The notes under the pieces: generated by a model
Database searches by the model: none
What the model was told of the DNA's origin: nothing
What the model saw: only the letters and a program-made list of their open reading frames with translations
DNA from: Burkholderiales bacterium
Lineage (GTDB): Bacteria; Pseudomonadota; Gammaproteobacteria; Burkholderiales; Ga0077523
Direction: 5' to 3'
NCBI GenBank assembly: GCA_019747905.1
Contig: JAIEQG010000031.1
Span: 706-64,705 of the forward strand
DNA: 64,000 bases
Program-made: the position numbers and the translations under genes
In this document: piece by piece, positions 37,564 through 45,826 of the stretch
Layout of the letters: each line of letters begins with the position of its first letter
Numbering within the stretch: position 1 is the first letter of the stretch

Positions 37564-38693
37564 GTGCACGTCCGACACCGTTGCCGCACGTGAGCGTTCC
37601 CTTCCTGGACATCGAGGGAATGCACTCGAGCATCCGGTCGGAACTCGACACCGCCTGGCAACGCGTGCTGGCGCGCGGACAATTCGTCATGGGCGACGAA
37701 CTCGCGGCGTTCGAAGAGGAGTTCGCGCGCTATTGCGAAGCCCCGCACTGCATCGGCGTGGGCAACGGCCTGGATGCGCTGACGCTCATCCTGCGCGCGC
37801 TCGATATCGGGCCCGGCGACGAAGTGATCGTCCCGTCGATGACTTTCATCGCCACCTGGCTGGCGGTATCGGAAGCCGGAGCAGTGCCGGTGCCGGTGGA
37901 CCCGACCGAGGGCGGTTTCAACATCGACCCGCGTGGCGTCGAAGCGCGCATTACACCGCGCACCCGCGCCATCATGCCGGTACACCTGTACGGGCAGCCC
38001 GCGGACATGACGGCACTCGCCGAGATCGCACGACGCCACGGGCTCGCGCTGATCGAGGACGCCGCACAAGCCCACGGGGCGCGCCATGCCGGCCGTCGCG
38101 TCGGCAGTCTGGGCACCGCCGCGGGGTTCAGCTTCTATCCCGGCAAGAACCTGGGGGCGCTCGGCGATGGCGGGGCCGTGGTCACCACCGACCGGGCCCT
38201 CGCGGAGCGGGTCCGGCGCCTGCGCAACTACGGATCGTCGCGCAAGTACGTGCACGAGGAGCAGGGCGTCAACAGTCGCCTCGACGAACTGCAGGCGGCA
38301 CTGCTGCGCGTGAAGCTGCGCCATCTTGATGAGTGGAATGCCGCGCGCCGCCGTGCGGTGGCAGGCTATCGCGCTGCGCTGTCGGGTTCCAGCGTCATCT
38401 TGCCGGCGGATGCCGCAGCGGCGGAATCGGCCTGGCACCTGTTCGTGATCCGCTCGAGCCAGCGCGATGCCCTCCAGACCCATCTGGCCGGCCACGGCGT
38501 CCAGAGCGTGATCCACTACCCGGTGCCGCCGCACCTGCAAGGCGCTTACCGCCAAGGCGGGTGGCCGAAGGGCAGTCTGCCCCGCAGCGAGCGCCTGGCG
38601 GCGGAAGTATTGAGCCTGCCCATGGGGCCGACCCTTGCAGCGGCGCAGATCGAGGCAGTCGCCGAGGTTGTTCTGTCGTTCGGTCACGACTAG
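37560..38693 (+). CDS. fdtB: DegT/DnrJ aminotransferase (FdtB/QdtB-like)
   Basis: [41 protein letters not shown] and IHYPVPPH. Alternative start at 37590. Confidence 0.87.
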   Translation: MSARPTPLPHVSVPFLDIEGMHSSIRSELDTAWQRVLARGQFVMGDELAAFEEEFARYCEAPHCIGVGNGLDALTLILRALDIGPGDEVIVPSMTFIATWLAVSEAGAVPVPVDPTEGGFNIDPRGVEARITPRTRAIMPVHLYGQPADMTALAEIARRHGLALIEDAAQAHGARHAGRRVGSLGTAAGFSFYPGKNLGALGDGGAVVTTDRALAERVRRLRNYGSSRKYVHEEQGVNSRLDELQAALLRVKLRHLDEWNAARRRAVAGYRAALSGSSVILPADAAAAESAWHLFVIRSSQRDALQTHLAGHGVQSVIHYPVPPHLQGAYRQGGWPKGSLPRSERLAAEVLSLPMGPTLAAAQIEAVAEVVLSFGHD

Positions 38694-38740
38694 GGCAAGT
38701 ACCGGCCGGCGAGGCAACGGATCGCGGCGGTTCCCAGGGC

Positions 38741-38767
38741 TAAAGTTTTCTCGAGAACCGCCGTACT
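38741..38767 (+). promoter_or_regulatory. Sigma-28 (FliA) promoter candidate 1 for fliC
   Basis: TAAAGTTT-N11-GCCGTACT versus consensus TAAAGTTT-N11-GCCGATAA. Confidence 0.6.
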
Positions 38768-38852
38768 GTGTTCGCTACGCCCCGCGTGCAACGCGCGGAT
38801 CGCAGGTCCTTTCGCGTAGCGCTTTTCCCCCTTCAGAGACCCGCCACCCGAC

Positions 38853-38879
38853 TCAAGATTTCGGGGTTCGTGCCGTAAA
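38853..38879 (+). promoter_or_regulatory. Sigma-28 promoter candidate 2 for fliC
   Basis: TCAAGATT-N11-GCCGTAAA, about 100 bp before the fliC start. Confidence 0.6.
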
Positions 38880-38980
38880 TCGCGGTGACAGAGGTTTGAA
38901 AGGCCTTAAGTGGCGAGGGTAACCAAAGTCAAGCAATGTTCTTCTTCTCCGAACTTTGACTTCTCTCGAAAGGGCTGCAA

Positions 38981-40465
38981 ATGGCACTGACCATCAACAC
39001 CAACATCCCGTCGCTGAATGCTCAGCGCAACCTGACGACCTCGCAAGGCGCACTTGCTACCGCCCTGCAGCGTCTGTCCTCCGGTCTTCGCATCAACTCC
39101 GCCCGCGACGACGCGGCCGGTCTCGCGATCTCCGAGCGACTCACCACCCAGATCCGCGGCCTCGACCAGGCCCGCCGCAACGCCAACGACGGCGTCTCGC
39201 TCGCGCAGACGGCCGAAGGTGCGCTCACCCAGACCGGCGAAATCCTGCAGCGTATCCGTGAACTGTCGATCCAGTCGGCCAACGCGACGAACTCGGCGAC
39301 GGACCGCAAGGCGCTGAACGACGAAGTGAACCAGCTGATCCAGGAAGTGAACCGCGTGGCCAACACCACCACGTTCAACGGCCTCAAGATCCTCGACGGG
39401 ACCTACCAGGGCCAGCAGTTCCAGGTGGGCGCGAACGCGAACGAGACCATCGGTGTCTCGGTCCAGGGCGCCACCGCGAACGACCTCAAGAACAACACCA
39501 TCGCGCTGCAGTCCGCCGCCGACAACGACGGTCTGGGCACGGTGACCACCGCCGCCAACACGGCCGCCGCGGGTAACGGCGTCAACGCGCAAACATTGAC
39601 CATCGCGGGCGCCTCAGGTTCCTCGGCGGTCTCGGTCGCTGCCAACGATCAGGCTTCCACCATCGCCGCCTCGATCAACGCGATCGTGGGCAGCACGGGT
39701 GTGGCGGCCAAGGCCACGACCACGGCCACGATCAATACCCTTTCGGCCTCCGGCACGCTGAGCTTCACCATCAACGGCGGCGGTACGGCGACGTCGATCT
39801 CGGCCCAGGTCACTACCACCGACATGACGGCGCTCGCTGCGGCGATCAACGACGTGAGCGGCAAGACCGGTGTGACAGCCACGCTGTCCGCGGACAAGAC
39901 CTCGGTGGTCGTGAAACAGTCGGAAGGCAAGGACATCACGATCGAAGGCTTCACCAACTCTGCCGGCGGCACCATCCAGGTGGACGGTTCGGCCACGGCG
40001 GCGACCAACGAGGCGCTGACCAGCGGCGCCGCAGATAGCGCCCGTATCGCGGGCGAGGTCACGCTGAATGCCGACCAGGGCTTCACGGCAGTGTCGAACG
40101 GGGGTACCGACGTCATCATCAACGGTGCGACGACGACGGCGTCGAGCGCCTCGCTGCTGTCTTCCGTGGACATCTCGACAGTGGCGGGTGCCAACAGCGC
40201 GATCGACATCATCGACGCGTCGCTGGCTCAGGTCAGCCGCATGCGCGCCAGCCTGGGTGCCATCCAGAACCGCTTCATCAACACCATCGCCAACCTCCAG
40301 ACCACATCGGAGAACCTCAGCGCCTCGCGCAGCCGGGTCCGTGACGCGGACTTCGCAGCCGAGACCGCAGCACTCACGCGGGCGCAGATCCTGCAGCAGG
40401 CCGGCACCGCCGTCCTGGCGCAGGCGAACGCGATCCCGAACAACGTGTTGTCGCTGCTTCGTTAA
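38981..40465 (+). CDS. fliC: Flagellin
   Basis: [44 protein letters not shown] and VLSLLR. Confidence 0.98.
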   Translation: MALTINTNIPSLNAQRNLTTSQGALATALQRLSSGLRINSARDDAAGLAISERLTTQIRGLDQARRNANDGVSLAQTAEGALTQTGEILQRIRELSIQSANATNSATDRKALNDEVNQLIQEVNRVANTTTFNGLKILDGTYQGQQFQVGANANETIGVSVQGATANDLKNNTIALQSAADNDGLGTVTTAANTAAAGNGVNAQTLTIAGASGSSAVSVAANDQASTIAASINAIVGSTGVAAKATTTATINTLSASGTLSFTINGGGTATSISAQVTTTDMTALAAAINDVSGKTGVTATLSADKTSVVVKQSEGKDITIEGFTNSAGGTIQVDGSATAATNEALTSGAADSARIAGEVTLNADQGFTAVSNGGTDVIINGATTTASSASLLSSVDISTVAGANSAIDIIDASLAQVSRMRASLGAIQNRFINTIANLQTTSENLSASRSRVRDADFAAETAALTRAQILQQAGTAVLAQANAIPNNVLSLLR

Positions 40466-40475
40466 CAGGGTCTCA

Positions 40476-40505
40476 CCCGGCCGGGCTGGTCCCGGCCGGG
40501 GTTTC
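40476..40505 (+). terminator. GC-rich hairpin after fliC (terminator or mRNA stabiliser)
   Basis: CCCGGCCGGG-CTGGT-CCCGGCCGGG followed by GTTTC; the U tract is short. Confidence 0.55.
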
Positions 40506-40530
40506 CTGACCGCGAACTGAGGATACGAAC

Positions 40531-40905
40531 ATGTTGCTCTCAGCACTGCAACGTGTGGCCACGACGGGGAACGCACCGGCGCAAACCGGTACGCCTGTCG
40601 TCCGCCAGGCACCACCGCCGGATACCGCCGCTTCGCCACGCGCGGGACCCGAGGGTCCGACGTCCCAGGTCTCCGAACCGAAACGCGCAGATGTCGAAGC
40701 GGCCGTAGCCGCGGCGCGTGAGCAGGTGCGATCGACCAATTCCAATCTGCAATTCAGCATCGACGAGGAATCCGGCAAGACCGTGGTCCGCGTTCTCGAT
40801 GGTGTCACCAGCGAGGTGATCCGCCAGTTCCCCTCGGAAGAGATGCTCGCCATCGCCCGCAACCTGGGCCGGCTGGAAGGCATGCTCCTCGACAGGAAGG
40901 CATAG
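40531..40905 (+). CDS. flaG: Flagellar protein FlaG
   Basis: LQFSIDEESGKTVVRVLD...EVIRQFPSEE; lies between fliC and fliD. Confidence 0.92.
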   Translation: MLLSALQRVATTGNAPAQTGTPVVRQAPPPDTAASPRAGPEGPTSQVSEPKRADVEAAVAAAREQVRSTNSNLQFSIDEESGKTVVRVLDGVTSEVIRQFPSEEMLAIARNLGRLEGMLLDRKA

Positions 40906-40948
40906 TTTTCAGGAGTTTGCAGGGTAGGGACACGGGCTGCGAAGTTCC

Positions 40949-40976
40949 TCAAGGAGCGCTTCGAGCCTGCCGATAA
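40949..40976 (+). promoter_or_regulatory. Sigma-28 promoter candidate for fliD
   Basis: TCAAG upstream of a perfect GCCGATAA, 34 bp before the fliD ATG. Confidence 0.65.
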
Positions 40977-41010
40977 CGTCGGGAGAATCAGCTCCATCCA
41001 GACGTAAGCC

Positions 41011-43011
41011 ATGGCTATTTCATCCCCCGGTATCGGCTCCAACCTCGACGTCAACTCGATCGTCACGCAGTTGATGTCCATCGAGCGTCAGCCGCTGCTG
41101 GCCCTCGACACCAAGGAAGCGAGCTTCCAGGCGCAGTTGTCGGCTTACGGCAACCTGAAGGGCACCCTGTCGGCGTTCCAGACGTCGGTGGCAGCCCTCA
41201 ACAGCGTTTCGCGCTTCCAGGCGCGCACGGTGACCAGTTCGGATCTGGGTGTCGCCACCGCGACGGCCACGTCCATCGCCAGTGTCGGCAGCTTCTCCCT
41301 CAATGTGACGCAGCTCGCGCAGAGCCACGCCGTGGTGGCTGCAGGCCAGGCGAGCGTGTCTGCTGCCATCGGGGCGGGCGCCAGCACCACGATCAGCTTC
41401 CAATTCGGGACCATCACCGGCGGCACGCTGACCAACGGCGTATACACAGGCGCGACCTTCACCCAGGACGGCACCCAGTCGAGCGGCTCGGTAACCATCA
41501 GCGCCGAGAACAATTCGCTCGCCGGTATCAAGGACGCGATCAACAACGCGAATGTCGGCGTGACGGCGAGCATCGTCGGCGACGGCAGCGCCACGCCGTA
41601 CCGCCTGGTGCTCCAGTCGACCTCGACCGGCGCCAACGTGAGCATGAAAGTCTCGGTGACGGGCGAAGCTGCCATTGCGAACCTGCTGTCATACGACCCG
41701 GCAGGCACCCAGAATCTGACCCAGACGCTGGCCGCCCAGGACGCCGCCTTCACCGTGAACGGTCTCGCTCTCACGAGCCGGACGAACACCGTGTCCACGG
41801 CGCTGCAAGGGGTCAACCTGACGCTTGCCAAGGTAGGCAGCAGCACGCTGACCGTTGCCCGCGACACGGCCTCGATACAGACCGCCGTAACCGCCATGGT
41901 GAAGGCCTACAACGACGTCGATACCACGCTCGACCAGCTCGCGAGCTTCAACGCAGAAACGCGACAGGCGGGACCGCTCAATGGCGATTTCGCCGTACGC
42001 AGCATCCAGGCGCAGTTGCGCAGCGTCCTGGGCGACAGCCTCGGCTCCGGCCTCTCGATCTCGAACCTCTCGCAGCTGGGCATCAGCTTCCAGCGCGACG
42101 GCAGCCTCGCTCTCGACACGGCCAAGCTCCAGGCAGCAATGGCCGGCACCGCGGCGGACGACCTCGCGGGCGCCTTCACGGCAACCGGCAAGACGACCGA
42201 CAGCCTGGTCAACTTCCTGGGCGCGACGGCGAACAGCACCCCGGGCCGCTACGCACTCAACGTGAGCACTCTCGCCACCCAGGGCAACGTGGTCGGATCG
42301 GCCGCCGCGAACCTGACGATCACCCAGGGCAGCAATGACTCCCTAGCTGTGAACGTGAACGGTGTGGTCACGACCGTCACGATCGCCGCTGGAACCTATA
42401 CGGCTGCCACGCTCGCGACTGCGGTGCAGTCGGCCATCAACGGCTCGACGGATATCCAGGCGGCCGGCGCAACCGTGGCGGTGACCGAATCGGCTGGCGT
42501 CCTGACGATCACGTCGAACCGCTACGGCAGCGCTTCCCAGGTCTCGGCGTCGGGCAACGCGGCTGCCGGCCTGCTGGGCGGTGCCCCGGTCGCCACGACC
42601 GGCGTGGACGTCGCCGGCACCATCAACGGAACCGCCGCCACGGGCAACGGCCAGATCCTGAGCGGGCCGACCGGCAGCAGTCTCGACGGCATCCGGCTCG
42701 AAGTGATTGGCGGAGCCACCGGCGACCGAGGTACAGTGACCGTCGTGCGCGGGTTCGCCTCGCGCCTCGATGCGCTGCTCACGAACATTCTGTCCACGAC
42801 CGGCGTCATCACCAGCCGCACCGATGGCATCACCCGATCCATCGATGACCTGGGAGATCGACGCACCGCGCTCAACCGCCGGTTGACCGACGTCGAGGCC
42901 CGCTACCGGGCCCAGTTCACCGCGCTCGACACCATGATGAGCAGCATGCTCGCGACCAGCAACTTCCTCACGCAACAGCTGAGCGCACTCAACAACACCC
43001 GGGATTCATGA
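41011..43011 (+). CDS. fliD: Flagellar filament cap protein
   Basis: GIGSNLDVNSIVTQLM, AQDAAFTVNG and RYRAQFTALD motifs. Confidence 0.95.
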   Translation: MAISSPGIGSNLDVNSIVTQLMSIERQPLLALDTKEASFQAQLSAYGNLKGTLSAFQTSVAALNSVSRFQARTVTSSDLGVATATATSIASVGSFSLNVTQLAQSHAVVAAGQASVSAAIGAGASTTISFQFGTITGGTLTNGVYTGATFTQDGTQSSGSVTISAENNSLAGIKDAINNANVGVTASIVGDGSATPYRLVLQSTSTGANVSMKVSVTGEAAIANLLSYDPAGTQNLTQTLAAQDAAFTVNGLALTSRTNTVSTALQGVNLTLAKVGSSTLTVARDTASIQTAVTAMVKAYNDVDTTLDQLASFNAETRQAGPLNGDFAVRSIQAQLRSVLGDSLGSGLSISNLSQLGISFQRDGSLALDTAKLQAAMAGTAADDLAGAFTATGKTTDSLVNFLGATANSTPGRYALNVSTLATQGNVVGSAAANLTITQGSNDSLAVNVNGVVTTVTIAAGTYTAATLATAVQSAINGSTDIQAAGATVAVTESAGVLTITSNRYGSASQVSASGNAAAGLLGGAPVATTGVDVAGTINGTAATGNGQILSGPTGSSLDGIRLEVIGGATGDRGTVTVVRGFASRLDALLTNILSTTGVITSRTDGITRSIDDLGDRRTALNRRLTDVEARYRAQFTALDTMMSSMLATSNFLTQQLSALNNTRDS

Positions 43012-43058
43012 AGGGACGGGACAGCGCAGCCAGCGCCGACCGAACGAGGAGAACTGCA

Positions 43059-43541
43059 ATGAACGCAACCATAGATCGCGCCGCCAACTCGTACGCCGAA
43101 GTGGACGTCGAGGTCGGGGTCCTGGGTGCCAGCCCGGAAGCGCTGGTCGTGATGCTCTACGACGGCGCGATCAAGGCGATCGGGATCGCCCGCAGCGACA
43201 TGCTGCGCAAGGACCACGCCGCCAAGGGCGCCCAGTTGTCGAAGGCCATCGGCATCATCGAGGAAGGGCTGCTCGCGTCGCTCGACCCCGTGGCCGGCGG
43301 CGAGATCGCAGCGAATCTGCAGGCGCTGTACGAGTACATGACGCGGCAACTGATGCTCGCGAACCTGCACAACAGCGTGGAGATCCTGGACGAAGTGACG
43401 CGCCTGCTGCGCGAGTTGAAGGGTGCCTGGGAATCGCTGATCACCATGCAGGCGAGCCGCTCGGCGGTCGCCGACGCCCCGGCAGTGCAAGCGAGCCAAG
43501 CGCCGGCGCCGCGTTCCTCGGCGAGCTACGGCAAGGCCTGA
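43059..43541 (+). CDS. fliS: Flagellin chaperone FliS
   Basis: ASPEALVVMLYDGAI, GGEIAANLQALYEY and LKGAW motifs. Confidence 0.95.
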   Translation: MNATIDRAANSYAEVDVEVGVLGASPEALVVMLYDGAIKAIGIARSDMLRKDHAAKGAQLSKAIGIIEEGLLASLDPVAGGEIAANLQALYEYMTRQLMLANLHNSVEILDEVTRLLRELKGAWESLITMQASRSAVADAPAVQASQAPAPRSSASYGKA

Positions 43542-43547
43542 TTCCCG

Positions 43548-43874
43548 GTGGAAGCCGCCGAGGTGGTCTCTGTCTGGATCGAGGTGCTCGCACTCACCGA
43601 GCGCATGCTCGATTGCGCTCGCAAGAGCGACTGGGACGACCTGGTGCGCCTCGAGCAGGAGCGGGCCCGCCTAATCGAGGTGGCCCGTCAGGAGGAATCC
43701 GATCCGGTGAAGGCGCGGCAGCACCGCGACCGCAAGCGCGAACTGATCCAGGCGATCATGACCCGCGACGACGAGATTCGCCTCCTCACTCAGGACTGGA
43801 TGCGCGAGCTGCGCGAGATCCTCGCCAGCGTCAATACCGAACAGCGCCTCAACAAGACCTACTCCCAGCCCTAG
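43548..43874 (+). CDS. fliT: Flagellar chaperone FliT
   Basis: MLDCARKSDWDDLVRLEQER...DDEIR; follows fliS. Confidence 0.85.
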   Translation: MEAAEVVSVWIEVLALTERMLDCARKSDWDDLVRLEQERARLIEVARQEESDPVKARQHRDRKRELIQAIMTRDDEIRLLTQDWMRELREILASVNTEQRLNKTYSQP

Positions 43875-43891
43875 TCCGGGCTGAATTGAAC

Positions 43892-43933
43892 GCCCCCCAC
43901 GCTCCCTGCGGTCGCTGCCCCCTGAGGGGGGGC
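43892..43933. repeat. Short GC-rich palindromic interspersed element
   Basis: GCCCCCCACGCTCCCTGCGGTCGCTGCCCCCTGAGGGGGGGC with complementary ends; resembles betaproteobacterial REP-like units. Confidence 0.5.
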
Positions 43934-44006
43934 GTCAGTGCCTTGCGATTGACGCAGCTTGCGCCCGCCAGCACACTTTCCGCCGCTGCGAATCCCGTGG
44001 AGCGGC

Positions 44007-44393
44007 ATGGAACCCTTCGTCATTTCCTGGCGCGAGCTGTTGATCGGCTTGATCGCCGTGCTCGGCATTTACGTGGCCGAACTGCTCCTGCTGCTGCGAC
44101 TGGGCAACCGCAAGGGCTTGAGGCTATGGCGCCGCGGGGCCGATGCCCACGTGGAGCACTACGCCGTGGCCGCCTTGAAATCCGAGTTGTCGGCGCTGCG
44201 TCAGCAGGTGGGGGCGCTGCGGGCGGAGGTGGACCGCCTGGCGACCGCAGCGAATCCTCCCCAGGCACCCACCCCCTACGGCAAGGCCATCGATCTCGCC
44301 CGCCATGGACGGCCGGCGGCCGATGTGGCCTCGAACACCGGGATCTCGCGCGGCGAGGCCGATCTGATCGTCGCCCTGTACCGACAGCGCTGA
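44007..44393 (+). CDS. DUF2802-like membrane-anchored protein
   Basis: N-terminal TM, coiled coil, and C-terminal PYGKAIDLARHG...GISRGEADLIVAL. Confidence 0.75.
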   Translation: MEPFVISWRELLIGLIAVLGIYVAELLLLLRLGNRKGLRLWRRGADAHVEHYAVAALKSELSALRQQVGALRAEVDRLATAANPPQAPTPYGKAIDLARHGRPAADVASNTGISRGEADLIVALYRQR

Positions 44394-44424
44394 TGGCAGC
44401 GCCGGCAGCTCCGGCGGCTTGGTA

Positions 44425-45543
44425 ATGGTCGACATCGCGCTCCAGTCACGGATCCTGTCGCTGCTGCGCGACGGCCGTGCAGCGCTGATCGAGGCCGCAC
44501 CCGACCGCCCGAGCAGTGCAGCACCGCAATGGCGAGCCGGACAGACGCTCGAAGCCAGGGTCGAAACCAAGCTCGCCGACGGGCGGTCCCTGATCGACTT
44601 GGAGGGAACGCTCTTCCAGGTGCGCCTCCCGGAGCGCCAGGAGACCCAGGTCGGGCAACGCCTGCAACTCACGGTGATCCGGCCAGGGCCTGAGCCTACG
44701 CTGATGCTGCGGGCGCCGGACGCGGAGGCGCCGGCGGAGAGCGCTTCCAGCCGGGTGAGCCTCAGCACCCTGGCGAGCCGGGTAGCGACGATGCTGAGCG
44801 AGGGCAATACCGGCACAGGCAACACCCCTGCGCGTAGCGCAGCCCCGGCACCTCTGCCGCCGATCCTGCCAGCCCCGCCTGCCACCGGCGCCGCACTGGC
44901 AGCGCCCCTGCGGCAGGCCCTCGAAACGAGCGGCCTGTTCTATGAATCGCATCAAGCCGAGTGGGTCGGCGGCAAGCGCGACCTGGAGGCCTTGCGCCAG
45001 GAACCGCAGGCCCGGATTGCACGGGACGAACAGACCAAGGCCGCCCTGGACCGGACGGACGGAGCGCGGTCGACCGCCCGCCTAGAGGACGAAGCGGTGA
45101 CCGCCACCCGCTCGACGACTACCGTGACTACGCGCTCGGACCCCGCGATCGCTGCACCGCCGGCCACGCCGCTCCCGCCCGCCGTGGCCGGTATCGTCGA
45201 CCGACAACTGGACGCGATCGCGAACCAGCAGATCGTGTGGCAGGGCCAGGTGTGGCCCGGGCAGACCATGGACTGGCGCGTCGAGGAGCAAGAGGCGCGC
45301 TCCGGCGAAGAGGAGAGTGGTGCCCGCTGGCGGACCGAGCTGCGGCTGCAGCTTCCGGTGCTGGGGGCCATGACAGCCCGGCTGGATCTCAACGGGGAGC
45401 ACCTCGCCATTGCGATCGACGCGGGCGGTGGTCCGGTCAGTGTCGCTTCGATGCGTGCCGGTGAAAGCGACCTGCGCGCCATGCTCGAGGCGCGCGGTCT
45501 TGCGCTCGATGCCTTCCGCGTAGCGGACGATGCCGGCACCTGA
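44425..45543 (+). CDS. FliK-family (hook-length control-like) protein
   Basis: SGLFYESH, WQGQVWPGQ and WRTELRLQLPVLG motifs; paired with a FlhB-like gene. Confidence 0.8.
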   Translation: MVDIALQSRILSLLRDGRAALIEAAPDRPSSAAPQWRAGQTLEARVETKLADGRSLIDLEGTLFQVRLPERQETQVGQRLQLTVIRPGPEPTLMLRAPDAEAPAESASSRVSLSTLASRVATMLSEGNTGTGNTPARSAAPAPLPPILPAPPATGAALAAPLRQALETSGLFYESHQAEWVGGKRDLEALRQEPQARIARDEQTKAALDRTDGARSTARLEDEAVTATRSTTTVTTRSDPAIAAPPATPLPPAVAGIVDRQLDAIANQQIVWQGQVWPGQTMDWRVEEQEARSGEEESGARWRTELRLQLPVLGAMTARLDLNGEHLAIAIDAGGGPVSVASMRAGESDLRAMLEARGLALDAFRVADDAGT

Positions 45544-45826
45544 TCCGCAGTCCGTCGCCGTCGCGCTCGCCTATGAATCGGCCGACGGTGCACCGCGCGT
45601 CGTCGCCAAGGGGCGGGGCCTGCTCGCCCAGGCCATCATGGACAAGGCCCGCGAAGCCGGCGTGTTCGTCCACGAATCCCCCGAACTGGTGGCGCTGCTG
45701 ATGCAGGTGGACCTCGATTCGCGTATTCCACCGCAACTCTATGTCGCGGTGGCCGAGCTGCTGGCGTGGATCTATCGCCTCGAGCGTGGCGAACCCGTGG
45801 GGCTCACGCCTCCAACTCGTGAATGA
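45530..45826 (+). CDS. FlhB C-terminal-like (EscU/YscU family) small protein
   Basis: AVALAY, APRVVAKG and IPPQLYVAVAELLAWIY motifs. Confidence 0.88.
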   Translation: MPAPDPQSVAVALAYESADGAPRVVAKGRGLLAQAIMDKAREAGVFVHESPELVALLMQVDLDSRIPPQLYVAVAELLAWIYRLERGEPVGLTPPTRE

